Below are positions 1-35,679 of a stretch of DNA of 64,000 nt, piece by piece. A program made the translations under genes and the position numbers. The stretch comes from Gekko japonicus. Lineage: Eukaryota. The notes under the pieces were generated by a model. It ran no database searches and was not told where the DNA came from. It worked only from the letters and a program-made list of their open reading frames with translations. The stretch spans positions 208,430-272,429 of the forward strand of contig NW_015172065.1 in NCBI RefSeq assembly GCF_001447785.1, given 5' to 3'. Each line of letters starts with the position of its first letter. Positions within the stretch are counted from its first letter, which is position 1.

Positions 1-713
1 GAGAATGATGTAAGCCACTTTGGGTCCTCATTAGGGAGAAAGGGAGGATATAAATGAAATAAAATAAGTAAATATACCTGTGCATTTTCTAGCCTCTTCA
101 GGTGCTGGGAAAAGTTTAGTAATCCTACATGACCATTGCATTGTATCTCAGTAATTTCCAGATATCTCTTTCTGGAACTAATCTCAGCAAAATAATGTGA
201 TACCATGCATCTTTCCAGGAGTAGGCACTGGGTGAGATTCTAGCATAAGCAAGTAAATAAGTCTGTTGATTAGAGATCTCTTGCAACTATAACCACAGTG
301 AACTCAGTCTCCTTAGAAAGATGAGGGGTCGGGCAGGCAAGAATACATTCACATCAGATGCTGTTGGATGTACGAAGATGCTTTTTGGCTGTCTGGTGTG
401 CTTGAAAGTAGATTTTGTTGGGGGGGGGGAGGGTGAGACACTTTGCTGAATTTGCATAATGTATGCATCCCACAGAAGTCAGCTTTTCTTTGTGCAGGAT
501 TTTAGTTTAGAATCTGGTTTGCAGTGCTTCAGCCTCTGTTTTTACTTCTCATTTTGCAGTTGTTTTCAGTATCTCTTATTCTTTCAAGTCTCTTCAAAGA
601 TCTCCTCTGCCCATCTTGTTCTCTCACCAATCAAATAAAGCCTTTGAGCAAAACCAAGTTTGAGTTTGAAAGCATAACCAGCCTTGTCCCTGATTTTTGA
701 TGTCTCAAACCAG

Positions 714-23882
<23,169 letters not shown>

Positions 23883-24236
23883 GTGGCGCATTCAGTATAG
23901 TCTGTTGCTGGACTGTTCAGAACAGGTCTGAGGCTGCTTGGACTGGTACCAAAGGCTGCCTGCTGCCGAAGATGTGGCATGTGGACTCTTCCCGTTTCCT
24001 CCCTCCTTTTAAAGGCAGGTTCTCAAGAGGCCTCTTGTAAGCCTCGAGGCAGGGCCCTCCCATTCCTTACTACTTTCGTGTCGTGGTCAGTAGGCACTGG
24101 AGGAGTTACCTCCATATTCTTCTAGCTTCTGGAACAGCTTTTAATATTGATGAACAAAACAGGCAGAAGTACAATGTAAGTATTTTAGAAAGGGGCATAC
24201 ATGGGACCCATGTTGTGTCTCTTATTTGTTTTCCAA

Positions 24237-24242
24237 AATAAA
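24237..24242 (+). terminator. SNRNP200 polyadenylation signal AATAAA
   Basis: First canonical hexamer ~355 nt after the stop codon; GT-rich sequence downstream. Confidence 0.7.
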
Positions 24243-25218
24243 AATGTTCAAGAATGAATTCCAGATTTGAAGAAAAAGGATTGGTGTTTTTACTGACGGA
24301 GCAAATCTGTCCTGATTTGTCCATCTCCCACCACTGAGCTTCAAATAGCGACACAATCAGAGGGCTCTTCTTCCTTGTTTCATTCCCATGATCACTGCAG
24401 TCAGGGGCTGTTTTCTAGGCTGAAGCTCCTTTGTTGAAATTTGTCCCAATGCAACATTTTTTGTACCTTGCAGATTTATCACTGTATCAAGCAAACCATG
24501 AGATCTAGTGTTATGTACAATGAGATGATTCTTCCATTTAAAAAAAACTAATAGTGGGGAAAATCTGAGTGGGCACGGGATAAGTAGACCCTTTCAATAC
24601 TTTCCCTTGACCCAAATGCTAAACCTAATATTCAACAAACAGGGCCAAGAGTCTATGATCACAGTAACTTTTTACTTGTTTTGCATGAAATGTCATGTCA
24701 CTAAATGTCCTTTCACTCTGCATTTGTGCATTCTGCTACCACCACCCCATGCAACAATACATTTTAAATGTACAATATACTAGTAGAAATTAGCACAGTT
24801 ACAGTGCAAAAAAGGAGAACCCGTCAACCAGGCATTTACAGGATTCGTAGCAAATAAAATCCGGGAGGGGGGGGCAGTGTTCAGCAGTAAGCCCACTATG
24901 ACCAGCAGGGCAACAGTGTCAAATCTGTACAAGAGAAGCTGGCAGCAACCAGTTCAAGGTTTCTCTCCTTTGGCTAAAAGATGGTCTGTTCCTAATGCAT
25001 GATTCCTGAGAGAGCTGCTACCTCACTGTCTTGGAGGATAAGGGGAACCATTCAGAGCAAGCTTTAGTTACATGATCTGTCTTCTTATTTGCCTGTACTG
25101 TGAGAGGATTTGACCCAGCTTGCTGCCTCTGAATGTGGCACTGCTAATAGTCTTAGAAACAGTAGCAGAAAGGACTACACTACTGTCATGTGGCACAGGG
25201 AAACACTGTTACGCTTCA

Positions 25219-25456
25219 CTAAGCCTCAGGGCGCTGGTATTTCCAGAAGGCCATTTCCCCGTCATCGCTGCAGGATGCCAGGAGCCCAGGCTCCTTAGGA
25301 TTCCAGGCCACACAGTTCACATCCTGAGAGTGGGCCCTGGCCATGTGGGCGGTCAATGTGAAGATAGGTTGTTGGGGGTCCGAGAGCGGCTCTTCCTCAA
25401 ACACTCTGACTGCATCATCTCCACAGGCAGTAGCTAGGGCTCCTGTCAAGTAGCAC
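25219..25456 (-). CDS. CIAO1: CIAO1 last coding exon ([14 protein letters not shown]...KYQRPEA*)
   Basis: ttgcag|G ... TAG, 238 nt. Confidence 0.93.
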
Positions 25457-28400
25457 CTGCAAAGAATGGAACAACAGCAGTTGGCTTCCTTAGCGATGGA
25501 TGCAAAAGACATATCACAGAAGAGTGAAATCTCATTTGCACTTGTTATGGTTGTTTTTATCAATTGGTATTTAGTACTCTATTGATTGGACATATTAACT
25601 CTTCAAATAGGGTGTGAAACTACTGCAATTAAAAGAGTGTTTTCAATACAAATATTGCAGTCTCAACAAGAATAACAGGTGATAGGTGGATTTTGCACCA
25701 ACAGAGAATTAGTTTCAGGTTGCCAAGGCTTGATTAGTCCAAGAGTTTTTGTAGCCCTCAGTGGGGTAGCAACGTCAACATATCATGCACCAACATGACC
25801 TTTGCAGCTGCTTCACATTTATTTCTAATATATGTGTCAACAGCAGTGTTCCCTCGAAGCTGAGTTAGTGTGAGCTAGCTCACAGTTTTTTTAGCCTCCG
25901 GCTCACACATTTTTTACTTCGCTCAGGAAGGATGGCTCCAGGGCAAACTAATTTATGCAGTAGCCAAATTGCTCGCTCACAAGACTCCACAGCTTAGAGG
26001 GTCAACAGCTGTAGAACACTAGCCAAACACACCTAATATGCCTTTACTGCAGTCTCTGATCCCTCCCCTCCATTATGGTGATAAATTCTGTTCAAGAGGA
26101 GACAGAGTTCTCTGTTCTCACAGCAAAAGATCCCTGTTGTGTTAGTTTTCTTGGTGGGCAGCTATTCTGAGATGCAACATACCCACGCCCTGCAGAGATA
26201 CAGTTGAGGAAAAAATTACGGCATGCTCACACTGATCTCTAAAAACAGTTAAACGACTCTGACACAGGGCTGACCCTCAACTCACCATGCCACATCGTAG
26301 ATGGTTCTTGTGTGGAAACCAGACAGCGTACAGACACACTTCCACGTGGGATCGGTGCTACTGCAGATTACACCTGCAATACATGAGCAGCTCTGCTTAA
26401 ACCACAGCCTTGCCTGCTCCTGGTTTACAGGCCACTGGGACAGAAGAAAATTTAAGCTCTAAATCCTCTTGCTTTGGGGCCTTTAGAAATCAAAGTTGAA
26501 ACAGAGGTCTTTGTATGTTCAGACCCTGTAGTTTTAGCTGCAGTCCTGTTCCCCATTTATCATCCAAAGCATGCAGGTATCCTGGACTCTTCGTACTGCC
26601 TGTACTTTATCCTTCAGTGCAAAGACCTGGGGTGCCTTGTTCTAGTAAGACTGATTATCTTCTATGATTCCAAGAAGAATGTGGGACATGGAATGCTCCT
26701 GGCCCATGGTCGAGAGAGCTCCAGGGGAAGCAGTCTCAACAATGGGGTTCGTCCCCACACCACAGGGTTTAAAAGTATAAATAAAATTTTTAATTTGGTT
26801 TATAAGAGATTGGGGAGATGTGAAAAATAGAGCATATATAATCCCCAGGCTGTTAAATGCTTACTTTTGCATATGTCCATACGTTACTAAACAAAACTGT
26901 AAACTTCAAAATTATATTCCCCCTTTTTCCAGCAGTGCTTAAAACTCATCCCTAAAAGAAACTTTCTATGAGCTCTTCTCTGTATACCCTCAGACATTAA
27001 TATGGAGCAAATGCCCTCCAGGCAGTGCTTTCCTAACCAATATGGCTGATCTTCCCGGGGTATGGGGGTTCTTTGACTCTTTACAGACATATAGATTTCT
27101 TCTATTGGTCTTCATTGGTTTCTCGAGGTCAGTAGGGGTGTGCAATTTTTTTTAAGTCAGTATTTTTCAGTTCGGGTCTATTGGAACTCCCCAAAATTTC
27201 AGTATTTCCAAAAAATCTTGGATCTCAGTACTGGTATGTTATTCACATCCGGGATTTTTTGGAAATCCTGGTCCAATAGCTTCCAGGTAAGAGGTCTTTC
27301 AGGCTGGGGACTGCACCTGCAGCCTTGTGTGTGCAAAGTGGATGCTCTGAGCCACAGCCCCGCCCTGTACTTGTAGCTCAATGGTTCAAGACTCAAGAAT
27401 CCAGACCTCTCTGCTCCTGTGTTTCAGCTGTGGGCACTGGATCTCTGCGTCTCTGACCCAAGCTGCATCCTTTTTCCTAAGGGCCAAACTACGTAAGATG
27501 CCTCTTGACCCTGCACATTCACTACTTTTCTCCAACAGATCCAAGGTATTCATTCTGCCAAATGAAAGAATGCTTCCTGGACTGGACAATACATACACAC
27601 AAAGATTCTGCCACAATAAATCCGTTATAGGGACTGCAAGAGTTCCTTAGAAGTTATAGTTTGGACTCAATTGGAGGAATGTAGCTGCTTAAATGCTGTG
27701 CCCATTTTCAGAAACAACCCCCATATTTTCAAGCACCTCCACAATAATGAAGAGCAGAAATTAAACACAGATCTAGAGGTCCAAAATCAGTGTATGTCTG
27801 ACCTTTACAGACCACATGTAAAAGGTACTAGGCCTAGAATAGGGGTCTTTGGTACTGCCCTGTAACCAATTCGCTCTCACACTCTTGCATTTCCACTCGG
27901 CTGGGATGCCTCAGGTTTCTCCAATGCAGCAACAGTGATACTGACCTTGCTCGTTGCCTGGTTTATACTGGCGCCAAATACGCACTGTCTTGTCATCACT
28001 GCAAGAGGCCAGGCGCTCTCCGCTCAGGTCAAAGGCCAAGCTCCACACAGTGGATTCGTGGCCCTCCAGTGTGGTGAAGCACACCCAGTCATCCTCCTCC
28101 TCCCGGTACAGTTTCACTGTGTCATCATAACTGGCCGATGCTAGCAGCTGGCAAGCACAAAGAAGCAAGAATGCCATATAAGTGTCTGAGGAGGAGGGCT
28201 GGGAGTCAGTAGAAGAAGACCTGAGGGACCTTCAGCAGAACTGCTGTTATTGAGCAATTCTATGGAAGAACAGAGGGAACCCATCTTCCCAAATCCCATT
28301 TTTCATTAAAAAAAAAAGTGGCAAGTTTCTAGTCCCTTTTGGCTGTGAATATGCTTTGGGAAGTGTCCATATGGGCAATTTATTTATTTATTTATTTATT

Positions 28401-31400
28401 TATTCTGTAATTTATATCCCGCCCTACCCATACGGCCCAGGGCGGCAAAACAAGCGGCGAACGCCAGGAATAAAACAAAAGTTACATTAAAACTTCAATA
28501 AATACAAATTAAAAAAAGGTGCTCTACCGTTCAGTTAAAAAGTTCAAGATGGTCGATCTTTAGTGGCGGCCGATGATGTAAAAGCCGGAGCGCCAGAGTA
28601 GTGTTCCTCTTCAGGGCGGCGTCTCTCCCTACCCAAGGCCAGGTAGATGGTAAATCACGCCACGATGGTGGTATAGTGGCAGTGGCGGCGGCTCCTACTC
28701 GAAAGCCTGGCGGAAGAGCTCCGTCTTGCAGGCCCTGCGGAACTGTACAAGGTCCCGCAGGGCCCGGATCTCCACCGGGAGCTCATTCCACCAGGTAGGA
28801 GCCGCCACCGAAAAAGCCCTGGCCTTGGTTTGGGCAAGCTTGATGTCCCGGGGGCCTGGAACCTCAAGGAGGTCCAGGCTCCCTGATCGCAGCGCTCTTG
28901 GGGGAACATACGGGAAGAGGCGGTCCCTCAGGTAGACTGGACCCTGGCCATTCAGGGCTTTAAAGGTGAGAACCAGCACTTTGAAGCGAATCCGGTATGC
29001 TATAGGCAGCCAGTGCAGCGCTTGCAGCACCGGCCGGATGTGGTCCCTCTTCGAGAGACCCATCAACAGCCTAGCTGCAGCATTCTGCACTAGCTGCAGC
29101 TTCCAGATTTGCAACAAAGGCAGCCCCAAGTAGAGAGCATTACAGTGGTCTAGCCTCGGGGTGACCGTCGCGTGGATCGCAGTGGCCAGGTCCTCGCCGC
29201 TGAGATAGGGGACCAACTGCCGGGCCAACTGCAGATGGTAAAAGGCTGACCTAGCAGTGGCTGCCACCTGGGCCTCCATTGTTAATGAAGAGTCCAGGAG
29301 CACTCCTAAACTCCTAACCTCCCGCACAGGCACCAAAGGCACCCCGCCGAAGGTCGGGAGAAGGAGCCCTAATTCCCGGCCGGTCCGACATAGGCCCAGG
29401 ACCTCCGTCTTTGCCGGGTTTAGTTTCAACCGACTCAGCCTGAGCCAACCAGCCACGGCTTGTAATGCCCGAGAAAGGTCATCGGGAACAGAGTCCGAAC
29501 GGCCGTCCAACATCAGATAGAGCTGGGTGTCATCAGCATACTGATGACACCCAAGCCCGTGCCTCCGGACAATCTGGGCGAGGGGGCGCATATAGATGTT
29601 GAATAGCATTGGGGACAACACGGCTCCCTGGGGCACTCCGCACTCAAGGGGGTGCCTTCGGGACCGCTGGTTCCCCATTTCCACCCTCTGTCCCCGACCT
29701 TGGAGAAAGGAGACGAGCCATTGCAAGGCAAGCCCCTTTATCCCCACGTCGGCGAGGTGGTGGGCCAGCAACTGGTGGTCGACCATGTCGAACGCAGCCG
29801 ACAGATCCAACAACACCAGTGCAGCCACGCCGCCACGATCCAGATGCCTACGGAGGTAATCCGTCAGCGCGACCAGAACAGTCTCCGTCCCATGACCCGG
29901 GCGAAAGCTGGACTGGAAGGGATCGAGGATGGAGGCCTCATCCAGGTAGCCCTGTAACTGTGCTGCCACCGCCCTCTCTATAAGTTTGCCCAAATAGGGC
30001 AAATTGGAAACCGGCCGATAGTTGGCCAATACGGCCGGATCCAGGGATGGTTTTTTTAGGAGAGGGCGGACCATCGCTTCCTTGAGTGCTCCGGGGAACC
30101 GTCCCTCAATGAGGGACTTGTTGACAATCTCCCGCAGTGCACCTCGAAACCCCTCGTGGCCGGCTTTAACCAGCCAGGAGGGGCACGGATCAAGGTCGCA
30201 CGTGGTTGGGCGCACAGATACGAACAACCTGTCAGCCTCCTCCAGGCTGAGTGGGTCAAAACATTCTAAACCCGGCCTCAAAGACGTGCAAGGGGCCTCG
30301 AGTTCTCTCACTGTATCAATTGTGGCGGGGAGGTCACAGCGAAGTGCCAGGACTTTATCTGCGAAATGGCTCGCTGCTTGAATCTCAGAAGCCAACAGAG
30401 GCTGCCAAATAAAATTTCAAGTGGTTGTGGTGGAACTCCAGAGTACTTGCCCCTCCCATGACTGCCAAAAACAGCTGAATAAATTATGCAAAATAAGAGA
30501 GATACAAATTTGTATAATTTATAGAGATTGCAGAATGTTGATTTTCTTAGCACAGAATGCACACGGGGTTCTGCCCTTGATCTAGCAGCCCCCACTCAAA
30601 AGGAGCACACAGAAGACCACAAATTCGCTCAGCACAACCACCATGGCAACAGTCCCTCTCCTCTTGGAGCAAGAAAATGAGGCCCTGGTCCAGGAAAGGC
30701 TGAGATCCCTGAAGCCTTTCACCACAGCCATGACCAGGGGGGCTGACCGTGCCTTCACTGATCCATACTGGATTTGTGGGAATTACTTATCTCCTTCTGT
30801 CTTATCCTAAACCAGTTCAGGAGTGTAGGAAGAGCTGCTTTTCTGCAGATGCCCATGGATGGTCCTAAGAGAGGGTCAAAATGCCCAATTCAGTTCCTCT
30901 TTCTAATGCTATGGTTGTTTTTAACGTCTGAATCCACAGATCCTCATAGGCAGCAGCAGTGGGAGATAACCTCTGCAGCAGATCATTGGTACAGGATTGT
31001 AAGGGAAGGACACTACAATGTGGAGCTAATTCAGAAAAGGGAAGAGGTGAAAATGCTTGGAAAATGTGCTTCTTTTTTGACAAGGGAAGGGAGCTACTCA
31101 CCTCTTGGTTGGGATGCCAGATGACATGTTTGACATCCTGCGTGTGGGAGTTCAGGACACTCATGCACTCATACTCATCCTCTTCATCCACTGCAACACA
31201 GAAGTGGGAATGAGCCAAGCCAGGAGATGGAGTGTTTCCCACTCTCCCTCCCATCCTATGCCTGGATGCCACCCTAGTTTGCCTTATAACTATCAAATAT
31301 ATATGAATAAACTGAGAAGTCCCCCTTAACCAAACCAGTTCCCCCAGAGTCTCACCTTCCCAAACCCAGACGCTCTTGTCTCGGCTGCAGGTGGCAATGA

Positions 31401-33962
31401 GACTGCCTGATGGGGCCCAAGCCACAGACTTCACCTCATTTTCGTGGCCCTCGAGAGTAGCTACACACTGGTGGGATAGGGGAGAGAAAGAAACATCTCT
31501 TCTGAGAAGGGCTACTAGGATCTGGCATGAGTAAATTACTGAGAACAATTTGCCAGGATCCACGTATTATATGTATCAGTCACAATTTCATATATACAAT
31601 TAAATACAGCTAAAGGACTTGGTTAGTAAAGTGGATGATGAAGACAAGATAAAAGAGAATGATTCACATGCTTTCTATCTATATTTCAGCACCGACCCAC
31701 CGAACTGCTGATTTCTTCCCCCACTAAAGACATAATTTATTAAGAAGAACCCTGTTGTTCTCCAGCACACAGTTTGAAAATTCCAGGGCTAGTTGTTACT
31801 GATCTAGAACATCTTCCTTAAAAGCGTCAACAGCAGCTCACAATACGAAATAGAAAACACACGTTCAATCCTAATCTAAAATTAGGCAGAGCTCTGTTTT
31901 CATGGAGACAGACCCATGGCTGCCATTATTAAATATTGAGCAGCTCCAGACAACATGACCTCAACATGGATATTGAAGCCCCCAAATCCCTGGGCATCTC
32001 CAACTCCAGCACCAAGACCAGCACTACCAGCTCCAATAGAATGAAAGTCAGGTAGCAGTGGACAGGACACCAAAAGAAGCCCAGGTCTGTCTCGGGAGCC
32101 CAACTCCCAAGAGAACAAGAAAGTAAATGTGCTTGTTTAACAAGGAACATGGCTGCTACTCAGGAATCACAAAAGACCAAGGCAATGCCCCCCTCCTGCA
32201 CCCAGTGTTCCCTCTAAGATGAGCTAGTGTGAGCTGGCTCACAGTTTTTTAGCCTTCAGCTCACACATTTTTGTCTGAGCTCAGGAAGGATGGCTCCAGA
32301 GCAAACTAATTTATGCAGTAGCCAAATCACTGGCTCACAAAGTAGAAGTTTTGCTCACAAGGCTCCACAGCTTAGAGGGAGTATTGCCTGCACCCAAGCC
32401 ACCACGTTGCACCTGCTGTTGCACCAAGAAACCTGGTGTGCATACAGCAGCCCAATTTTAGCAGCCCGGTCTCAGTGATGGATGCCAACTCTGCTTGTTC
32501 ATCCAAGACTAAATCCTGGATGATAAAATGTGTTATTTACTGATCTGGCAGGGAAAGGGATTAAAAATGGCAAAGTTTACAAATGTCTGAGCTCCTCTCT
32601 CCTAACCTGGCCAATCTGTGGACATTAAAGTTAGCATGCGTGACCCAAAACACCTCTACTCTCCAGCTCCCCCTTCCAAAATCCTATTCCTGTTAAGAGA
32701 AACAAGAATATAAAAGCTATTAATAAAAGATGTCAGAGAGCGCAGTATAACAGTAAACAAGCAGAACTCTGCCACAATCCTAGGAAGTCAAGAGAGAAAG
32801 ATATTTTTGGTTTAAGATGAAACAGATCTTCTCACCTATAACTACTAACTGGCTAGCCAATTGTTTTGTCCGTACATTCCGAATTCTCCCCGTCATGCAT
32901 ATGCAAATCCATTCATCTTATATGAATCATTTAAATACAGTGCACAGGAAAATGGATGAACTGACACTGCAATCACTCTGCAGCGACAGAAGGTGCCAGC
33001 TTTTAACTGACTGAAGACCATGAGATAACCAACGCACACTCGAAAGGGAACTCAAGCTACCTCGAAATCCTCTTGGTTCTTCTTCCAGATGCAGGTAGTA
33101 GCGTCAAAGCTGGCTGAAGCCAGGTAGTTCCCACAGGGGGACCAGGCCACCTTGCGGATGGTCCTCTGGTGCCCCTCACCCAGCACTGATTTGCACACCC
33201 AGGCGTCGCCTGTTGAGAAAGGGGCACTGAGTTAGCGAGGGCTGGCTTTGGTATTATTTATTGACTTAAAACAACTCTATGCCACCTTTCCACCCAAACA
33301 GGGTTCCCTAGGTGGAAAACACCAAAATTAAAACATTTCAAAAATGACAACAAACCTCAGTTAAGACATTAAAAAAGCATGTAGAATAGTTAGTGTAGAT
33401 ATAAAACACAACACACATAGCACAACCAGGGAGGAGGACCAACAACAATTATTGGGGATATGCCATTTATATCCCAAGTTTCTTCCAACAGGGACCCAAA
33501 GAAGCTTCCATTGTTCTCTCCATTGTATCCTCAGAACAACCCTGTGAGGTAGGTTAAGCTAAGAGGGTTTGACTGGCCCAAGGTCACCCCACAAGTTTCC
33601 ATGGAAGACAGGGGATTCAAACCTGGTCTCCCAGATCCTAGTCTGGCTCACTAACCACTACAGTGTAAAATGGAATGCATTCTCAAAGTGGTCTCCTGAA
33701 AGGATTCCCCAAGGGGAACTGGTCTATGGCTTCACTACAGAAGCCAAATGGTTTTTAACTGTCCTGGCTTCTTCTCCCACCCCCCACCCCAGAACAATAA
33801 CCAAACAGACGTTCTGAGCTTACCTTCCTTGCCCCATATACGGATGCTCCGATCCCCACCACAGGAAGCTAAGAGAGTCCCTGTAGGATTCCAGGCTAGA
33901 AACCAGCATCGGGAATCTGGGTGTGCCGGGATGCGAGCCAAGAGGGTCAAAGAATCTTTCAT
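25219..33962 (-). CDS. CIAO1: Cytosolic iron-sulfur assembly component 1 (WD40 protein), 7 coding exons, 338 aa
   Basis: [26 protein letters not shown]..., WD repeats ([35 protein letters not shown]). Exons sum to 1017 nt; all GT-AG; synteny with SNRNP200 and TMEM127. Confidence 0.98.
25844..26000 (+). mobile_element. hAT-type MITE copy 1 (right TIR clipped)
   Basis: cagtgttccctcgaagctg...cagcttagagg; 8-bp TSD gtcaacag. Confidence 0.85.
26286..26373 (-). CDS. CIAO1: CIAO1 coding exon 6 ([30 protein letters not shown])
   Basis: ttgcag|GT ... GCATG|gtgagt, 88 nt. Confidence 0.93.
27946..28147 (-). CDS. CIAO1: CIAO1 coding exon 5 ([13 protein letters not shown]...GNEQ)
   Basis: tgccag|CTG ... 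CAAG|gtcagt, 202 nt. Confidence 0.93.
28378..30378 (-). mobile_element. Young 5'-truncated L2-clade LINE in a CIAO1 intron, RT frame intact
   Basis: ORF 28695..30395 (566 aa): [36 protein letters not shown]; (TAAA)n tail at 28378-28402; CpG-rich. Confidence 0.93.
31102..31190 (-). CDS. CIAO1: CIAO1 coding exon 4 (VDEEDEYEC...HPNQE)
   Basis: ttgcag|TG ... GAG|gtgagt, 89 nt. Confidence 0.93.
31356..31467 (-). CDS. CIAO1: CIAO1 coding exon 3 ([12 protein letters not shown]...WVWE)
   Basis: caccag|TGT ... GAAG|gtgaga, 112 nt. Confidence 0.93.
32203..32386 (+). mobile_element. hAT-type MITE copy 2
   Basis: TIRs cagtgttccctctaag / cttagagggagtattg; 8-bp TSD cctgcacc. Confidence 0.88.
33061..33209 (-). 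CDS. CIAO1: CIAO1 coding exon 2 ([19 protein letters not shown]...EDFE)
   Basis: caacag|GC ... GAG|gtagct, 149 nt. Confidence 0.93.
33824..33962 (-). CDS. CIAO1: CIAO1 first coding exon (acceptor at 33990; exon starts 33989)
   Basis: ATG 33962; GAAG|gtaagc, 139 coding nt. Confidence 0.93.
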
Positions 33963-35679
33963 CCTAACCCCAAACAGTCACGCTAGAACCTAAGGAGCGA
34001 TAAGGAAGAGACCACAGAATGCTTTGAAGCCAATGACATTGATTTAAATAATAAAAGAATGATTGAAATCACCAAAAAGAGTGATGGCAACTTAAATTGA
34101 TTTAAATGCACTCCTGCTCAAGAGTGCATACTCACTGGTAGCTATAACAACTGAAATATATTGGTTTGTACACTAAAAAGAGCCTTCACACTATCTAGAA
34201 ACATAACCCAGAACATTTTTTGCTCAAAACAGAGGTGGACAAAACTGTGAAGTTAATTGATTTCAGTGTGTTTACAAGCAAGGACACTAAACAAGGTAGT
34301 TTACTTGAAAACAGTGACCTGGATCCTATAGTCTGTATTCCATGATGGAAGGGCATCTCCACTTTCTGGGGGAAGGAAATTTTTGCTAGTTCCTGCCTCC
34401 CACTCCAGACTTCTACTTTATTCCCATATGTCCCTGATACCCAGTAACAGAATTCTGGAGGAGCAGCAGTGGGAGGAGAAGACCATAAAGTCCCATTCTG
34501 CAAGCTCTTCTCTACTCATATATTTTGCAGGATCCACACCAATGGTCACAATCCAGTAAAGAGTTCAGGCTGGGCTGTGGACAAAATGCCAAGAATTTCC
34601 AAGAAGCAGAAGCATTTCTATCTGTAATGGGAAGTAAAGGCCCACAATGTTTGGTTCATGGAATCACAGATTTTTATAATTTTATACAAGAATAAATATG
34701 TCAACAGTATCATATTTATAACACTAATCTCAGACTAAATATTTCCCCCAATAGTTTTCTTCTACATAAAAATAGGCTTTAATGTGGTGCATTTGACAAA
34801 AGGCCATGAACTGTTTTTTAAAAGTTTCATAGCATTTAAAAAGTTTGCAATAGTCAGATTGCAACCATTTTTTCCTAAAATGGACAAGCTGATAAATCCA
34901 CAAAAAATGTTTAAATAAAAAATTGTAACATTCTAATTTTTTCAGTGTTGCAATGTTTGTCTTTAAATTTTTCCTGGTGACTGAGTTATTTCAGCTCCTA
35001 TTCTCACTGTCTACTCTGTGTACTTCTGTTTAGGGTTACACTCGGGCTCTGAAGTATTCTCAGGCTGAACTATTCTTAGTTAACATGTAACCCAAACTAA
35101 ACCCAATCTAAGTACAATGTTTTCAGTGTGGTTTACTCTCAGGTAGTTTTAAATGAAAAGCTGCTGGCCTACTGGAAATATTTATAAGCTGTCTTATGGA
35201 CACAAGATGCTTGATGGATCACTGGGAAATTGGGCCAATGTCCTGTTACCAGAACTGGCCACCCAGAGGGTGATGGGAAGCAGGTGTTCTCAGATCTAAG
35301 AGAGCTGCTGCCAGTCTGAGCAGACAATACTGATCATGGGTCTGATCCAGTATAAGGCAGCTTCATGTGTTCATGTGTCATGAAGGGAGGTTAGCCTTTA
35401 AAGTGGCACAACTTCCCTTCGTTTTTCGGGAATACTGAATCGAGAAAAGCATGGCAGTTGGGGGCCTTTCCTTCTTGAATATCCCCAGCATCTCACATCC
35501 AAAGGGAGACTCTACCTGCACTTGGGTGCTCCATTTAGTGGTATGCTCGGAGGCGGAGCTGTTTAAAGGTGTTTTTAAATGAACACGATGGTGGAGTAGG
35601 GCTTCTGACATCTATCGATAAGGCCAGCCTAGGATACCTAATTCCTCTGATCTCTAGGCTCCCCATTGGGGTAAATAGA

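Noticed and set aside
24650-25218. Iron-responsive element in the CIAO1 3' UTR (CAGUGN loops near 25024, 25139, 25205)
   Set aside because: None has a complementary 5-bp upper stem with the bulged C.
29257-30381. Multiple plus-strand ORFs opposite the L2 RT, and the 270-aa ORF opposite CR1 ORF1 (52497-53309)
   Set aside because: Expected shadows of GC-rich coding strands; no recognisable motifs.
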